Source: a bacterium UBP2_UBA2255 (GTDB lineage Bacteria; Edwardsbacteria; AC1; EtOH8). From it: a stretch of 64,000 nt of DNA. Under the pieces are notes generated by a model. The model had not been told where the DNA came from. It worked only from the letters and a program-made list of their open reading frames with translations, and ran no database searches. How positions within the stretch are numbered: the stretch's first letter is position 1; the number at the start of each line of letters is the position of its first letter. Where the stretch lies: contig DDXR01000049.1 in NCBI GenBank assembly GCA_002347565.1, positions 42,302 to 106,301 on the forward strand. The letters are read 5' to 3'. Of the stretch, positions 1 through 9,797 are shown piece by piece. A program made the position numbers and the translations under genes.

Positions 1-744
1 AAGCTGGCCGAGGGCGCCGACGGCCTGGTGCTGGACGTCAAGACCGGCAGCGGGGCCTTCATGCGCCGGCCCGAGGACGCCCGGGCGCTGGCCGAGACGA
101 TGGTCGCCATCGGGAACGGCCTGGGGCGGAAGATGCGGGCGGTGATCACCGACATGAGCCAGCCGCTGGGGCGGACGGTCGGCAACGCGCTGGAGATCGG
201 AGAATGCGTCGAGTGCCTGCGGGGCGACGGCCCGGCCGACCTGATGGCGGTCACCTACGAGCTGGGCGCCGAGATGCTGGTGATGGGCGAGCGGGCCGCC
301 GACCTGGATGCCGCCCGCCGGGCCCTGCGCGGCATCGTCGACTCCGGCCAGGGCCTGGAAAAGTTCCGCGAGATGGTGGCCGCCCAGGGCGGCGACCCCG
401 CCGTGGCCGACGAGCCCTCGCGACTGCCGCAGGCACGGCTGGCGGTCGAGGCGCCGGCCGAACGGGACGGGTTCGTATCGGCGATGGACACCCGGGAGGT
501 GGGCATGGCGGCGGTCGGGCTGGGCTGCGGCCGGCTGACGATGGAGGATGCGATCGACCATGCCGCCGGATTCGTCTTCCACAAGAAGATCGGCGACCAG
601 GTGGCGCAGGGCGAGCCGCTGGTGACCGTGCGCGCCAACGACCGGCCCCGGGCCGAGGCGGTTGCGGCCAGGCTGTCCCGGCTGATCCGGATAGCGCACG
701 AACCGCCGGCAATCCCCGAGCTGATACGGGAGCGGCTGCCGTGA
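1..744 (+). CDS. thymidine / pyrimidine-nucleoside phosphorylase, C-terminal ~247 codons (5' end lies outside window)
   Basis: Open frame from nt 1 (KLAEGADGLVLDVKTGSGAFM...); C-terminal alpha/beta domain sequence typical of DeoA/Pdp family; stop at 742-744. Confidence 0.8.
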   Translation, partial: KLAEGADGLVLDVKTGSGAFMRRPEDARALAETMVAIGNGLGRKMRAVITDMSQPLGRTVGNALEIGECVECLRGDGPADLMAVTYELGAEMLVMGERAADLDAARRALRGIVDSGQGLEKFREMVAAQGGDPAVADEPSRLPQARLAVEAPAERDGFVSAMDTREVGMAAVGLGCGRLTMEDAIDHAAGFVFHKKIGDQVAQGEPLVTVRANDRPRAEAVAARLSRLIRIAHEPPAIPELIRERLP

Positions 745-767
745 GACGGCTGAGGGGAGCTACGGTG

Positions 768-1511
768 ATGATCACCGGAGCCTCCAGCGGCTTCGGGCTG
801 GCCTGCGCCCGCGCCTTCTCCGCCCGGGGCGCCCGCCTGATCATCGCCGCCCGGCGGCGCGCGCGCCTGGCGCAGCTGGCACGCGAACTGGGGCGGAGGC
901 GCGGCGCCGAAGTACGGACGATGATGCTGGACGTCCGCGACCGCCGCGCGGTGTCGACGGCCGTCGCTCGGCTGCCGCGCGGCTGGAGGAACATCGACAT
1001 CCTGGTGAACAATGCCGGGCTGTCGCGCGGACTGAACCCCCTCCAGACGGGCGAAGTCCGCGACTGGGAGGAGATGATCGACACCAACGTCAAGGGCCTG
1101 CTGTACGTCACCCGCGCCGTGCTGCCCGGCATGGTCGCGCGCGGCCGCGGGCACGTGGTCAACGTCGGGTCGATCGCCGGGCACGAGACCTACCCGTCCG
1201 GCAACGTCTACTGCGCCACCAAGGCCGCGGTGCGCGCGCTGAACAAGGCGCTGCGGATGGACCTGTCCGGCGCCGGCGTCCGGGTCACCAGCGTCGACCC
1301 CGGCCTGGCCGAGACCGAGTTCTCGGTGGTCCGCTTCCGCGGCGACCGGGAGCGGGCGCAGAAGGTCTACCAGGGGCTGCGGCCGCTGGACGCGGCCGAC
1401 GTCGCCGAGGCCGTGGTCTGGGCCTGCGAGCGCCCCGCCCACGTCGACATCGAGACCATCGTGATCATGCCGACCGCCCAGGCATCGGCGACGATCGTCC
1501 ACCGCACATGA
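768..1511 (+). CDS. short-chain dehydrogenase/reductase, YdfG-like NADP-dependent 3-hydroxy acid dehydrogenase
   Basis: MITGASSGFG...NAGL...Y..K SDR motifs; near colinear similarity to E. coli YdfG (NIDILVNNAGL, MIDTNVKGL, AVLPGMV); the longer ORF from 204 is a GC-frame extension, ATG at 768. Confidence 0.85.
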   Translation: MITGASSGFGLACARAFSARGARLIIAARRRARLAQLARELGRRRGAEVRTMMLDVRDRRAVSTAVARLPRGWRNIDILVNNAGLSRGLNPLQTGEVRDWEEMIDTNVKGLLYVTRAVLPGMVARGRGHVVNVGSIAGHETYPSGNVYCATKAAVRALNKALRMDLSGAGVRVTSVDPGLAETEFSVVRFRGDRERAQKVYQGLRPLDAADVAEAVVWACERPAHVDIETIVIMPTAQASATIVHRT

Positions 1512-1537
1512 TCGAAACACCACACGCAGGGGAATGA

Positions 1538-2176
1538 ATGAAGATCATCGGGGTCACCAGCCTGGCCATCCCCGACGTCAAGGTGATCCGCTACCAGCGG
1601 TTCGCCGACCACCGGGGCTACTTCACCGAGACCTACCGCCGCAGCGACTTCGAGCGCCTGCCGGAGCTGGACTTCATGCGGGGCGTCTCGTTCGGCCAGT
1701 GCAACGAGAGCCGGTCGCGGCCCGGCACGGTGCGCGGCCTGCACTTCCAGTGGAACCCCTACATGGGCAAGCTGGTGCGCACCACGTCCGGCCGGATGGT
1801 GGACCTGTTCCTCGACATCAGGAAGGGATCACCGACCTTCGGCCAGGCCGCAGCCTGCGACCTGCCCGACGATCCCGCCGCGCCCCACGGCGAGTGGATC
1901 TGGGTGCCGGCCGGCTTCGCCCACGGCAATTACTTCACGGCCGAGAGCCGGATCGAGTACTTCTGCTCCGGCGAGTACAGCCCGGGCTGCGAGGCCGGCA
2001 TCTCGCCGCTGGCCGCGGACCTCGACTGGTCGCGGTGCGACCCGGCGCTGAAGCGGGAGTTCGACGCGCTGGCCGCCGCCGGCGCCCTGATCACCGACAA
2101 GGACCGCGACGGGTTCACGCTGGCGTCCTGGCAGGCCGACCCCCGGTCCGACAACTTCATCCACGGGAAGTGCTGA
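1538..2176 (+). CDS. rmlC: dTDP-4-dehydrorhamnose 3,5-epimerase family (RmlC-like cupin)
   Basis: VRGLHFQ, GKLVR, DIRKGSPTFGQ, WIPAGFAHG-type motifs characteristic of RmlC; AGGGGA RBS before ATG 1538. Confidence 0.7.
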   Translation: MKIIGVTSLAIPDVKVIRYQRFADHRGYFTETYRRSDFERLPELDFMRGVSFGQCNESRSRPGTVRGLHFQWNPYMGKLVRTTSGRMVDLFLDIRKGSPTFGQAAACDLPDDPAAPHGEWIWVPAGFAHGNYFTAESRIEYFCSGEYSPGCEAGISPLAADLDWSRCDPALKREFDALAAAGALITDKDRDGFTLASWQADPRSDNFIHGKC

Positions 2177-2180
2177 CGCG

Positions 2181-3290
2181 GTGCTGTCGTTCCGCTGCAC
2201 GGTGATCGGCGCGGGCGCGGTCGGCTTGGCCGTGGCCCGCGCGCTGGCATCGCGCCACCGCGGCGAGAACGACGTGCTGGTGGTCGAGCAGGGCCGGTCG
2301 TTCGGCACCGGGATCTCCAGCCGCAACAGCGAGGTGGTCCATTCGGGGCTCTATTATCCCAACGGCAGCCTCAAGCACCGGCTGTGCGTCGAAGGGCGGC
2401 GCGCCCTGTACCAGTACTGCGAGGCCAAGGGCGTCCCGTTCAACAAGTGCGGGAAACTGGTCGTCGCGGCCGATGCCGCCGAGGAGCCGGAGCTCGATAT
2501 CCTGTTCGAGCAGGGCCGCCGCAACGGGATCGAGAACGTCGAGCGTCTGACCGGCGGACAGGCGGCGGCGCTGGAGCCGGACGTGCGGGCCAGCGCGGCG
2601 CTGTTCCTGGCCGAGACCGGCATCTTCGACACCCATTCCTACATGAAGGCGCTGGAATCGGACATCGCCGCGGACAACGGGACCGTTTCGTACGACTCCG
2701 AGGTGGTGGCGCTCGAGCGCAGCGGCTCCGGGTACGTGCTGCGGCTGCGCTCCGGCGAGGAGTTCGGGTCGGCGATCGTGGTCAACTGCGGCGGGCTGGG
2801 CGCCCCGGACATCGCCCGAATGGTGGGGCTGGAGCCTGAGGCCATGCACCCCTGCAAGGGCTCGTACTTCGCCTACTCGGGCGGACACCGGGTCACCCAC
2901 CTGGTTTACCCGATCCCGGAGAAGGGGTTGACCGGCCTGGGCGTGCACGCCACCATCGACCTGGCCGGCCGGCTGCGGTTCGGGCCGGATGTGGAGTACG
3001 TGGCATCGACCGACGACTTCACGGTGGACGAGCGCAAGCTGGAAGCGTTCCAGGGCGCGGCGCGGCGGCTGTTCCCCGCCATCGACGCCGCCCGGCTGGC
3101 GCCGGACCAGGCCGGGGTCCGCCCCAAGCTGCAGGGGCCGGGCGATGGCGAGGTCCGGGACTTCGTCATCCGGGACGAGATCGGCCGCGGGTTCCCGGGA
3201 TTCGTCGACCTGCTGGGGATCGAGTCGCCAGGCCTGACGGCCAGCCTGGCGATCGGGGAGCAGGTGGCTGTTCTCCTCGAAAAGGCATGA
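2181..3290 (+). CDS. FAD-dependent oxidoreductase, L-2-hydroxyglutarate oxidase/dehydrogenase-like
   Basis: N-terminal GAGxxG dinucleotide fold (VIGAGAVGLAVA), HSGLYY motif, overall LhgO/L2HGDH-family architecture; GTG start. Confidence 0.7.
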   Translation: MLSFRCTVIGAGAVGLAVARALASRHRGENDVLVVEQGRSFGTGISSRNSEVVHSGLYYPNGSLKHRLCVEGRRALYQYCEAKGVPFNKCGKLVVAADAAEEPELDILFEQGRRNGIENVERLTGGQAAALEPDVRASAALFLAETGIFDTHSYMKALESDIAADNGTVSYDSEVVALERSGSGYVLRLRSGEEFGSAIVVNCGGLGAPDIARMVGLEPEAMHPCKGSYFAYSGGHRVTHLVYPIPEKGLTGLGVHATIDLAGRLRFGPDVEYVASTDDFTVDERKLEAFQGAARRLFPAIDAARLAPDQAGVRPKLQGPGDGEVRDFVIRDEIGRGFPGFVDLLGIESPGLTASLAIGEQVAVLLEKA

Positions 3291-3303
3291 CACCTCCCTT
3301 GAC

Positions 3304-3328
3304 CCTCCCCGAAAGCGTTCGGGGAGGG
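3304..3328 (+). terminator. GC-rich hairpin directly after the oxidoreductase stop (CCCTCCCCGAA-AGCG-TTCGGGGAGGG), no U-tract
   Basis: 11-bp perfect stem seen in sequence; lacks T-run so could be a factor-dependent terminator or stability element. Confidence 0.3.
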
Positions 3329-3359
3329 TAGGGTGGGGTCAAGATATTGCATTAAGTGC

Positions 3360-3388
3360 TTGACAAATCAGGCATTCTGATGTAAAAT
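3360..3388 (+). promoter_or_regulatory. sigma70-like promoter TTGACA-17nt-TAAAAT with an ATCAG-N5-CTGAT palindrome in the spacer (operator-like)
   Basis: TTGACA 3360-3365, TAAAAT 3383-3388, 17-nt spacer containing inverted repeat ATCAGgcattCTGAT. Confidence 0.45.
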
Positions 3389-3394
3389 ATCCCA

Positions 3395-3584
3395 GAATTA
3401 TTAATCCAAGGGAGCGTACGGGCGAGAGCGTTAAAGTCGGCGGTTTTCGGACATTCTGACATACCTTCGAAAGCTCGGGATTGCTCGAAACCCCGCTTTG
3501 GCGCCCCGTATCCAAGCTTCTTTGGAGACAAAGGATCGCGTATTCCTTTGCCGGGCGCCGTTTAGCGGCCGCCCGGTTTTTTTA
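3395..3584 (+). ncRNA. candidate ~190-nt small RNA or cis-regulatory leader (promoter to intrinsic terminator) upstream of polysaccharide locus
   Basis: Bounded by the promoter above and a strong intrinsic terminator; no plausible ORF with RBS; internal hairpin CAAAGGA-N8-TCCTTTG; identity unknown. Confidence 0.2.
3551..3584 (+). terminator. rho-independent terminator (CCGGGCG...CGCCCGG stem followed by TTTTTTT)
   Basis: GC stem-loop plus 7-T run on + strand at 3577-3583. Confidence 0.6.
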
Positions 3585-3760
3585 TCCTATGAACTGCAGT
3601 GCATCGAGCAGCCCGCCGCAGGTCGAGTGGCCGCCATCTCGATATGAACCGGTATAGGTTCTACTCGATGTGCGGCTGTATCGAGACCCGGCGGGCATAT
3701 CGAGAGGCGCGGCCAACAACTATCACCGGAGAGAACATGCCTAAACACAGGGATTTGATC

Positions 3761-4690
3761 ATGAGACATCGCATCATTGTTGTCGCATCGATAGCCTTGA
3801 TGCTCGTCCTGGCCGTGCCGGCGTTCTCCCAGAAGACGATCATCCCCCAGATCGGCCTGGACTGGACCCGGGAGCGACCGGCGATCAAGGTGCAGGTGCT
3901 GGGCCAGGTGCGCAACCCCGGGCTCCACACCCTGCAGGCGTACGACCGGCTGGCCAGCGCCGTGGGCGCGGCCGGCGGGCCGAACGAGCAGGCGTCGATC
4001 CGCTCGGTGATCCTGATGCGCGACGGCAAGGCGATCGATACGCTCGACCTGTACCAGTACATGACCCAGAACGACCAGTCCCAGAACCCCGAGGTCAAAG
4101 ACGGGGACATCGTGTTCTTTCCCCTGGCCACCAACATGGTCACGGTCTTCGGCCAGGTGTTCAAGCCGGGGAAGTACGAGATCAAGCCGGGCGAGCGGCT
4201 GATGGACCTGGTCATCATGGCCGGCGGTTTCACGCCATTCTCGACCCGCGAGGACATCAAGGTCCAGAACATAGCCCGGCCGGACAGCGTGATAAGCATC
4301 AACGTCAAGCGGTTCGCCCTGGACCGCGACCCGGCGTTGAACATCGAGCTCAAGGCCGGCGACATCGTTACCGTGCCGACCACCCCGACCACCGTTACCG
4401 TGGTGGGACAGGTGCAGAAGGGCGGCACCTTCCCGTACGAGCCGGGAACGCTGCTGTCGTACTACCTGGGCATGGCCGGCGGGTACGCCGAGCGGGCCAG
4501 CACCGGGAACATCCGCATCAACCGCTGGGGCGGCAAGACGGTCAAGGGCAGGGAGAGCACCATCATGGAGCCGGGCGACGTGGTTGTGGTGGGGGAGATG
4601 CAGATCAAGGGCTGGCGCGACTACATCAACCTGATCGCCCAGGTGGCGACCACGGGTTTCATTGTATGGCAAGTTGCACGGGTACAATAG
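3761..4690 (+). CDS. polysaccharide export protein, Wza-like (SLBB domains) with signal peptide
   Basis: Signal peptide MRHRIIVVASIALMLVLAVPAFSQ; soluble-ligand-binding beta-grasp repeats (GDIV.VP...V.V.G.V..PG.Y); start chosen at signal peptide; ORF extends upstream to 3599. Confidence 0.7.
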   Translation: MRHRIIVVASIALMLVLAVPAFSQKTIIPQIGLDWTRERPAIKVQVLGQVRNPGLHTLQAYDRLASAVGAAGGPNEQASIRSVILMRDGKAIDTLDLYQYMTQNDQSQNPEVKDGDIVFFPLATNMVTVFGQVFKPGKYEIKPGERLMDLVIMAGGFTPFSTREDIKVQNIARPDSVISINVKRFALDRDPALNIELKAGDIVTVPTTPTTVTVVGQVQKGGTFPYEPGTLLSYYLGMAGGYAERASTGNIRINRWGGKTVKGRESTIMEPGDVVVVGEMQIKGWRDYINLIAQVATTGFIVWQVARVQ

Positions 4691-4698
4691 GAGGGACT

Positions 4699-5898
4699 AT
4701 GTTCAACAGCTTCTACGACGTCCTGGTGGTACTGGTCAAGAACCGGCGGATGATCCTCTGGAACACTGCTGGATTCACGGTCTTAGCTCTCGTACTGAGC
4801 CTGGTGATTCCTAACAAATATAAAGCCACGGCCACCTTGATGCCTCCGGTTTCACAAGGATCGAACAATTTAATGTCGATGGCGTTGCGGGGGAATTTCA
4901 TGTCCGCTGATCCCGAGATCGGCGGCACCGGGTTCATGCCGGGCATGGTCACACCATCGGACGTGTTTGCCTTCATGCTCGAGAGCGGTACTGTAGCTGA
5001 CATCGTCATCCGGGAATGCGATTTGGTCAACCACTACAAGCAGACGAAAACCTTCGTTAATAAACAGGACAAGGCGATGTACAACATCGCCAAGAAACTG
5101 AAGAAAGCCACCAAGGTCAAGGTCACGGACGAACGGTTCATCATCATCACGGTCGAGGACAAGAGCAAGACCAAGGCGGCCGAGATCGCCAACAAGTACG
5201 GCGAGGCGCTGGACCGGGTCTACGCCAAAATGACCATGACCCAGGGCGGCAAGATGCGGGAGTTCATCGAGAGAAGGTTGGGGCAGGAGGAACTCCTGCT
5301 GCGACAGACCGAGGACTCACTAAAACGGTTCCAGCAGCGTTACCGGACAATCTCGTTGGGCGACGAAATGAAGGCCGTTATCGAGATGTCGGCCACGCTG
5401 GAGGCCAAGATCATCAGCCAGAAGATCGAGCTGGACGCCATCAAGTCGTACGCCACAGCGGACAATACCCAGGTGAAAGTGATGGAGAACCAGATCCAGA
5501 AATCTCAACAGGAGCTGAACCAGCTGGTCGGCGGCAGCCGTGGCAACACGCTGTTCGTCTCGTTCGCCAAGGCCCCCGAGATCGGTGCCATGATGGGCCA
5601 GCTGACCCGGGATGTGCGGATCCACCAGGAGCTGTATGCGCTGCTGGTGCAGCAGCTGGAGCAAGCGAAAATATTGGAGGCCAAGGATACGCCCAAGGTT
5701 CAGTTCCTGGAACGCGCGGCGCCGCCGTACCGGAAGAGCTGGCCCAAGCGGTCGCTTCTAACGGCACTGGGATTAATCGCTGGACTGGTGAGCAGCATCG
5801 TCGCGATACTGGTGGCTCGCAGAATTGAGGCGTTCTTGACGGATTCCGGCCGCAGAGGTCAATTGGCGGAATTCAAGAAGATGCTTACAGCCAAGTGA
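4699..5898 (+). CDS. Wzz-like chain-length determinant / polysaccharide co-polymerase (no BY-kinase domain)
   Basis: N- and C-terminal TM helices flanking coiled-coil periplasmic region; AGGAGGGA RBS before ATG 4699; AT-rich codon usage. Confidence 0.65.
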   Translation: MFNSFYDVLVVLVKNRRMILWNTAGFTVLALVLSLVIPNKYKATATLMPPVSQGSNNLMSMALRGNFMSADPEIGGTGFMPGMVTPSDVFAFMLESGTVADIVIRECDLVNHYKQTKTFVNKQDKAMYNIAKKLKKATKVKVTDERFIIITVEDKSKTKAAEIANKYGEALDRVYAKMTMTQGGKMREFIERRLGQEELLLRQTEDSLKRFQQRYRTISLGDEMKAVIEMSATLEAKIISQKIELDAIKSYATADNTQVKVMENQIQKSQQELNQLVGGSRGNTLFVSFAKAPEIGAMMGQLTRDVRIHQELYALLVQQLEQAKILEAKDTPKVQFLERAAPPYRKSWPKRSLLTALGLIAGLVSSIVAILVARRIEAFLTDSGRRGQLAEFKKMLTAK

Positions 5899-5938
5899 TG
5901 CGACTGGAAGTACAATCGCCGTGCCCTTCTATCGAGCG

Positions 5939-7282
5939 ATGATGAAACGATTTCGGCACACCGTTGCTATTGCCTTGGGGTCCGCCCTGCTGCTGCTCGC
6001 TGTCTTTCAACAGTGGATCGTGCTGGGACTATTGTTCGGCATTAGCATCGCAGTGTCGCTTTTCTTAAAGATGCACACCAGACCGGAAATCATCCTTACG
6101 GTTTGCATGATACTTGGATTTGCACCTTCGCCATCGCGGTATTTCGGGTATGTGCTTTTTATGCTTGTCGCATTTGAACTGCTGTCTCGTCGCGGACCGA
6201 ATGCTCCGTGGAGGAACACGATTGATGTCGTTACTGTCGCCTGGTCTTGCATTGTTCTGTTTGGTCTCTTAACCGTACCACGGTGGCAGTTGCCTTTGGA
6301 AGGAATACAGTGGTCGCTGTCATTAGGATTGATGCCTCTTATTACTTATCTCATGGTCGGAGGTGGTATTTTGCGACCTGAGGAGTTGCGATGGATATTG
6401 GACAGGGGATTGCCGCTCGTATTTTTGTTCGTTGTTGGTGAGACACTTATCGCTGCGATAATCATCGCTGTTCAACAGCAATCCCTCAATAACTGGGTAG
6501 GTATTTATAGTTTTAGGAAACTGATGATACCGGACAATGGCAGCAACAGGCTGGCCGCACTGCTCGTCTTTATATCGGTGTTCAATTACACCAAGAACGT
6601 CACATGCCGCCGTGAGATGGCAAGTGAAACAAGAACAGTGATAGTATCGCTCGTAGCATTGGGACTGTCATTGTTGATCATGTCGCGCGGAGCGATCGTC
6701 GGCCTTGGTGTCGCAATAGCGGCATTCGTGTTGGGAAAGATTATCAAAGATAGACGGATCAGCGTAGTGCCGATAATTGTAATGATGCTGGTCCTATTTG
6801 TGGTTGCGAAGCCCTTCATTGATGAAGTAATATTCCGAATGCAGAACGTTCGATTTGACATGTCAACGCTCTATCGTCTCGGCATGTGGCAGCAAAGCAT
6901 TCTGTCTATCGGCAGGAACCTGGTGATCGGGTCGGGGCCCGGTCAACGGTCGTACGATATCATGAACGAGCAGCACGAGGACCCCCATAACATGGTGCTA
7001 CGCTATGGCGTAGAATACGGCGGCATAGCGGCACTGCTGATAGTGGTCATCCTGCTCTACCCGGTGATCCTTTACATAAGGCTGTTCCGCCGCGACCCTT
7101 CGTACGCGAAAAAACTATTTCTTGTGTTCAGCCCCGCGTTACTCGGTGTCACCGTTCACGCCCAGATGGATTTTGTGATAACGTCAAAGAGTTTCGGCCC
7201 GCTTTATTGGTTGGTTTGGTCGATGCAATTGCGGGCATTGCGAGACCATGATGACGGACGACTGATCAATACGTCGTCGTAG
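5939..7282 (+). CDS. Wzy-type polysaccharide polymerase / O-antigen ligase family membrane protein
   Basis: ~11 predicted TM helices, large periplasmic loop with GSGPGQ...H..N motif region typical of Wzy_C; start ambiguous (GTG 5921 or ATG 5939). Confidence 0.6.
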   Translation: MMKRFRHTVAIALGSALLLLAVFQQWIVLGLLFGISIAVSLFLKMHTRPEIILTVCMILGFAPSPSRYFGYVLFMLVAFELLSRRGPNAPWRNTIDVVTVAWSCIVLFGLLTVPRWQLPLEGIQWSLSLGLMPLITYLMVGGGILRPEELRWILDRGLPLVFLFVVGETLIAAIIIAVQQQSLNNWVGIYSFRKLMIPDNGSNRLAALLVFISVFNYTKNVTCRREMASETRTVIVSLVALGLSLLIMSRGAIVGLGVAIAAFVLGKIIKDRRISVVPIIVMMLVLFVVAKPFIDEVIFRMQNVRFDMSTLYRLGMWQQSILSIGRNLVIGSGPGQRSYDIMNEQHEDPHNMVLRYGVEYGGIAALLIVVILLYPVILYIRLFRRDPSYAKKLFLVFSPALLGVTVHAQMDFVITSKSFGPLYWLVWSMQLRALRDHDDGRLINTSS

Positions 7283-7289
7283 TATTGCG

Positions 7290-8549
7290 ATGAAAGCCTA
7301 CAGAACTATTTGGGAAAACCTGCTGTCGTTGCTGGGTCTCCAGGTCGTTAATTACCTGCTGCCGTTGGTGTCTTTCCCGTACATCGTGCGAGTTGTGGGG
7401 ATCGATGGATTTGGGTTGTTCTCATTCATATTTTCGATAAACCAGTACTTTGTCATTCTAACCGATTACGGATTTAACCTGACAGCGACGCGTGATATTT
7501 CGATAGCTCGGCATGAACCGCAAAGGGTCTCGGAGATATTTTCGGCAGTGATCATCATTAAGTCTTTGTTCTTGCTTGCCAGCATAATATTGATGACCGG
7601 CGCAGTGCTGATGGTCCCAAAACTTCACGAGCATTGGACGTTGTACATGCTGTCGATGCTCAGCGTACTAGGGAATGTTTTATTTCCGGTATGGTTCTTC
7701 CAAGGCGTCGAACTTACCAAATACATCGCGGTCATCAATGGCGCAGTTAAACTGGTAGCAACGGCCTGTATCTTTTTATTTGTAAAGGTGGGCAGTGATC
7801 TCTCGGTGTTAGTGTTCATCCAGTCAGTTGGCGTTGTCGTGGCCGGTGTGGCATCGCTTCTCCTGATCTGGCGGCAGCGATCGGTGCGATTGGTGTGGCC
7901 GAGCAGCGGGACGATCACGCGGATGATGCGGTCCGGTCGCGAAGTGTTCCTGACGATCATATCCTCGACCTTGGTCAACAACACCAACATATTTTTACTC
8001 GGCATGTTAACGGACAACATGACGGTAGGGTTCTTTTCGATCGCCGATCGGATCGTTCGGGTGTTCATATCGCTTTGCGCACCGGTCAGCACCGCAATAT
8101 TCCCTTACGTGAGTAAAGGCTTTGGCGAAGATCGAAAGAAGACGATGTCTTTCCTGCGGCGAGTATTGACCATCGGGGGGTTAGCTTTCGGTTGTTTTGT
8201 AATGGTCCTATTGATTGCGCCGGACCTGCTGGTGCGAATCGTCACCGGCAGTGATTCGTCGCGGATAAGCCTGCTGGTAAGAATCATGTCTGTGGTGCCG
8301 CTCAGCATATTCATTGACAACCTATATGGAACACAAATATTGATCAACGTCGGAAGGACATCTGATTTTCTCAAAGCGGTCTTCATTCCTGGTGTGTTAT
8401 CAGTATTGGCCGCTTTGGTAGTGTACCCTGTCTTTAAGGATCTCGGGGCGGCAGTGGTATTCACTGTCGCTGAGCTGATGATCTTGGTATTCATGATTCA
8501 CTATGTGCGAGGGCAGCAGCTGTACCTGGTTCGGGATGGGTGGTTATGA
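7290..8549 (+). CDS. wzx: Wzx oligosaccharide flippase (MOP superfamily)
   Basis: Typical Wzx N-terminus (LLSLLGLQVVNYLLPLVSFPYIVRVVGIDGFG), 12 TM helices. Confidence 0.8.
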   Translation: MKAYRTIWENLLSLLGLQVVNYLLPLVSFPYIVRVVGIDGFGLFSFIFSINQYFVILTDYGFNLTATRDISIARHEPQRVSEIFSAVIIIKSLFLLASIILMTGAVLMVPKLHEHWTLYMLSMLSVLGNVLFPVWFFQGVELTKYIAVINGAVKLVATACIFLFVKVGSDLSVLVFIQSVGVVVAGVASLLLIWRQRSVRLVWPSSGTITRMMRSGREVFLTIISSTLVNNTNIFLLGMLTDNMTVGFFSIADRIVRVFISLCAPVSTAIFPYVSKGFGEDRKKTMSFLRRVLTIGGLAFGCFVMVLLIAPDLLVRIVTGSDSSRISLLVRIMSVVPLSIFIDNLYGTQILINVGRTSDFLKAVFIPGVLSVLAALVVYPVFKDLGAAVVFTVAELMILVFMIHYVRGQQLYLVRDGWL

Positions 8550-9793
8550 AGATCGCCGTCTGGCACAACCTGCCGCATGGTGGAGGGCGTCGCGCCCTGC
8601 AGGACCATATCGCCGGACTTGCCTCGCGAGGGCATACCGTCAAAATCTGGCAGCCATCGGATGTGGCGCCACTCAATCTGCGAAAGGGGATAGCAGCTGA
8701 GCTCACACTTGTCGATCATCATTCCACATACCGGTCGGATGCTCCCTCGCCGAGAGGACTCATGCGACTGGTGGCGTATCAGCAGACCATTGCGACCCTC
8801 AATCGGAACGCGGCCGTAACCGCGTCGATGATACACCGGTCCGGTTGCGATGTACTCTTCGCCAATACCTGCCGGTTTATGGGTTCCCCGTTCATTGGAA
8901 GGCATGTGGAAATACCCTCGCTGCTGTACCTACAAGAGCCGTGCCGCGTACACTATGAAGCTATGCCTGAGAACCCATGGGCGGCCCCAGGCAGATTGAC
9001 ACGTGCCGGGAATTCGGCTCATGCGCTCGCCCGGCGTATGGAGAACGCCGTCAAGGTCTATGCTTACCGGCGAAAAGTGCGCGAGGAGATTGAGAACGCG
9101 CGGTCGTACCACCGAATCTTGGTCAACTCGTGCTATAGCCGCGAAAGCATCCTACGGGCTTATGGCATTGAAGCATCTGTGTGCTACCTGGGGGTTGATA
9201 CCGAGTTGTTCCATATGCAAGGTTCCCCGAATCGCCTGCACATGATCCTGACGGTCGGATCGGTCACCCGGCTGAAGCGCATCGATGCGGTTCTTGATGC
9301 TTTGGCCCTGGTGAGGCATCCGAGGCCGCGGTATGTGATCGTCGCCAGTACCTACGATGAGGATTATTGCCGGGAGCTCGTGAGGAACGCATCAAGGCAC
9401 GGCATCGAGTTCGAGTTGCGACGGAACGTCCCAGACGATGAACTTGTATCGTTGCTCTGCCGGGCCAAGGCGGTCGTGTACGCACCACGATTGGAACCGT
9501 TCGGGTACGGACCTCTTGAAGCCAACGCGTGCGCCACACCTGCGATCGGTATTGATGAAGGCGGGCTGCGGGAGACAATCGTCAACGGCGAGACTGGTGT
9601 GCTCGTCGAAAATGAACCCCGACATATCGCAGATGCTATCGAGATGTTGTGCCAGGACAGAGAGGCTCGCGAACGCCTCGGCGCACGAGGCAGAGAGTAC
9701 GTTATGGAGCGGTGGACGCTCCAGGCCGCGAACGAAAGACTCGCGGCTCATCTGGATCAGATCGTGGTACGATTTCCCGCAGGTGGAAGATGA
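8546..9793 (+). CDS. glycosyltransferase family 4 (GT-B fold)
   Basis: C-terminal E-x7-E region (EPFGYGPLEANACATPAIG...GETGVLV); 4-nt overlap with wzx stop. Confidence 0.75.
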   Translation: MKIAVWHNLPHGGGRRALQDHIAGLASRGHTVKIWQPSDVAPLNLRKGIAAELTLVDHHSTYRSDAPSPRGLMRLVAYQQTIATLNRNAAVTASMIHRSGCDVLFANTCRFMGSPFIGRHVEIPSLLYLQEPCRVHYEAMPENPWAAPGRLTRAGNSAHALARRMENAVKVYAYRRKVREEIENARSYHRILVNSCYSRESILRAYGIEASVCYLGVDTELFHMQGSPNRLHMILTVGSVTRLKRIDAVLDALALVRHPRPRYVIVASTYDEDYCRELVRNASRHGIEFELRRNVPDDELVSLLCRAKAVVYAPRLEPFGYGPLEANACATPAIGIDEGGLRETIVNGETGVLVENEPRHIADAIEMLCQDREARERLGARGREYVMERWTLQAANERLAAHLDQIVVRFPAGGR

Positions 9794-9797
9794 CGCT

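Noticed and set aside
204-1511. 435-aa + strand ORF starting at 204
   Set aside because: The first 188 codons overlap the phosphorylase gene in another frame and are Arg/Gly/Pro-rich junk. The SDR domain begins at the ATG at 768.
255-1523. Long minus-strand ORFs (255-1523, 251-1162) opposite the phosphorylase/SDR genes
   Set aside because: Typical high-GC antisense open frames: Arg/Pro/Gly-rich low-complexity translation, no RBS, fully overlapped by well-supported + strand genes
3300-3760. Searched for a JUMPstart/ops element (GGCGGTAG) expected upstream of polysaccharide operons
   Set aside because: The closest string is GGCGGTTTTCGG at ~3437, which does not match ops. RfaH/ops is proteobacterial, and its absence is uninformative here.
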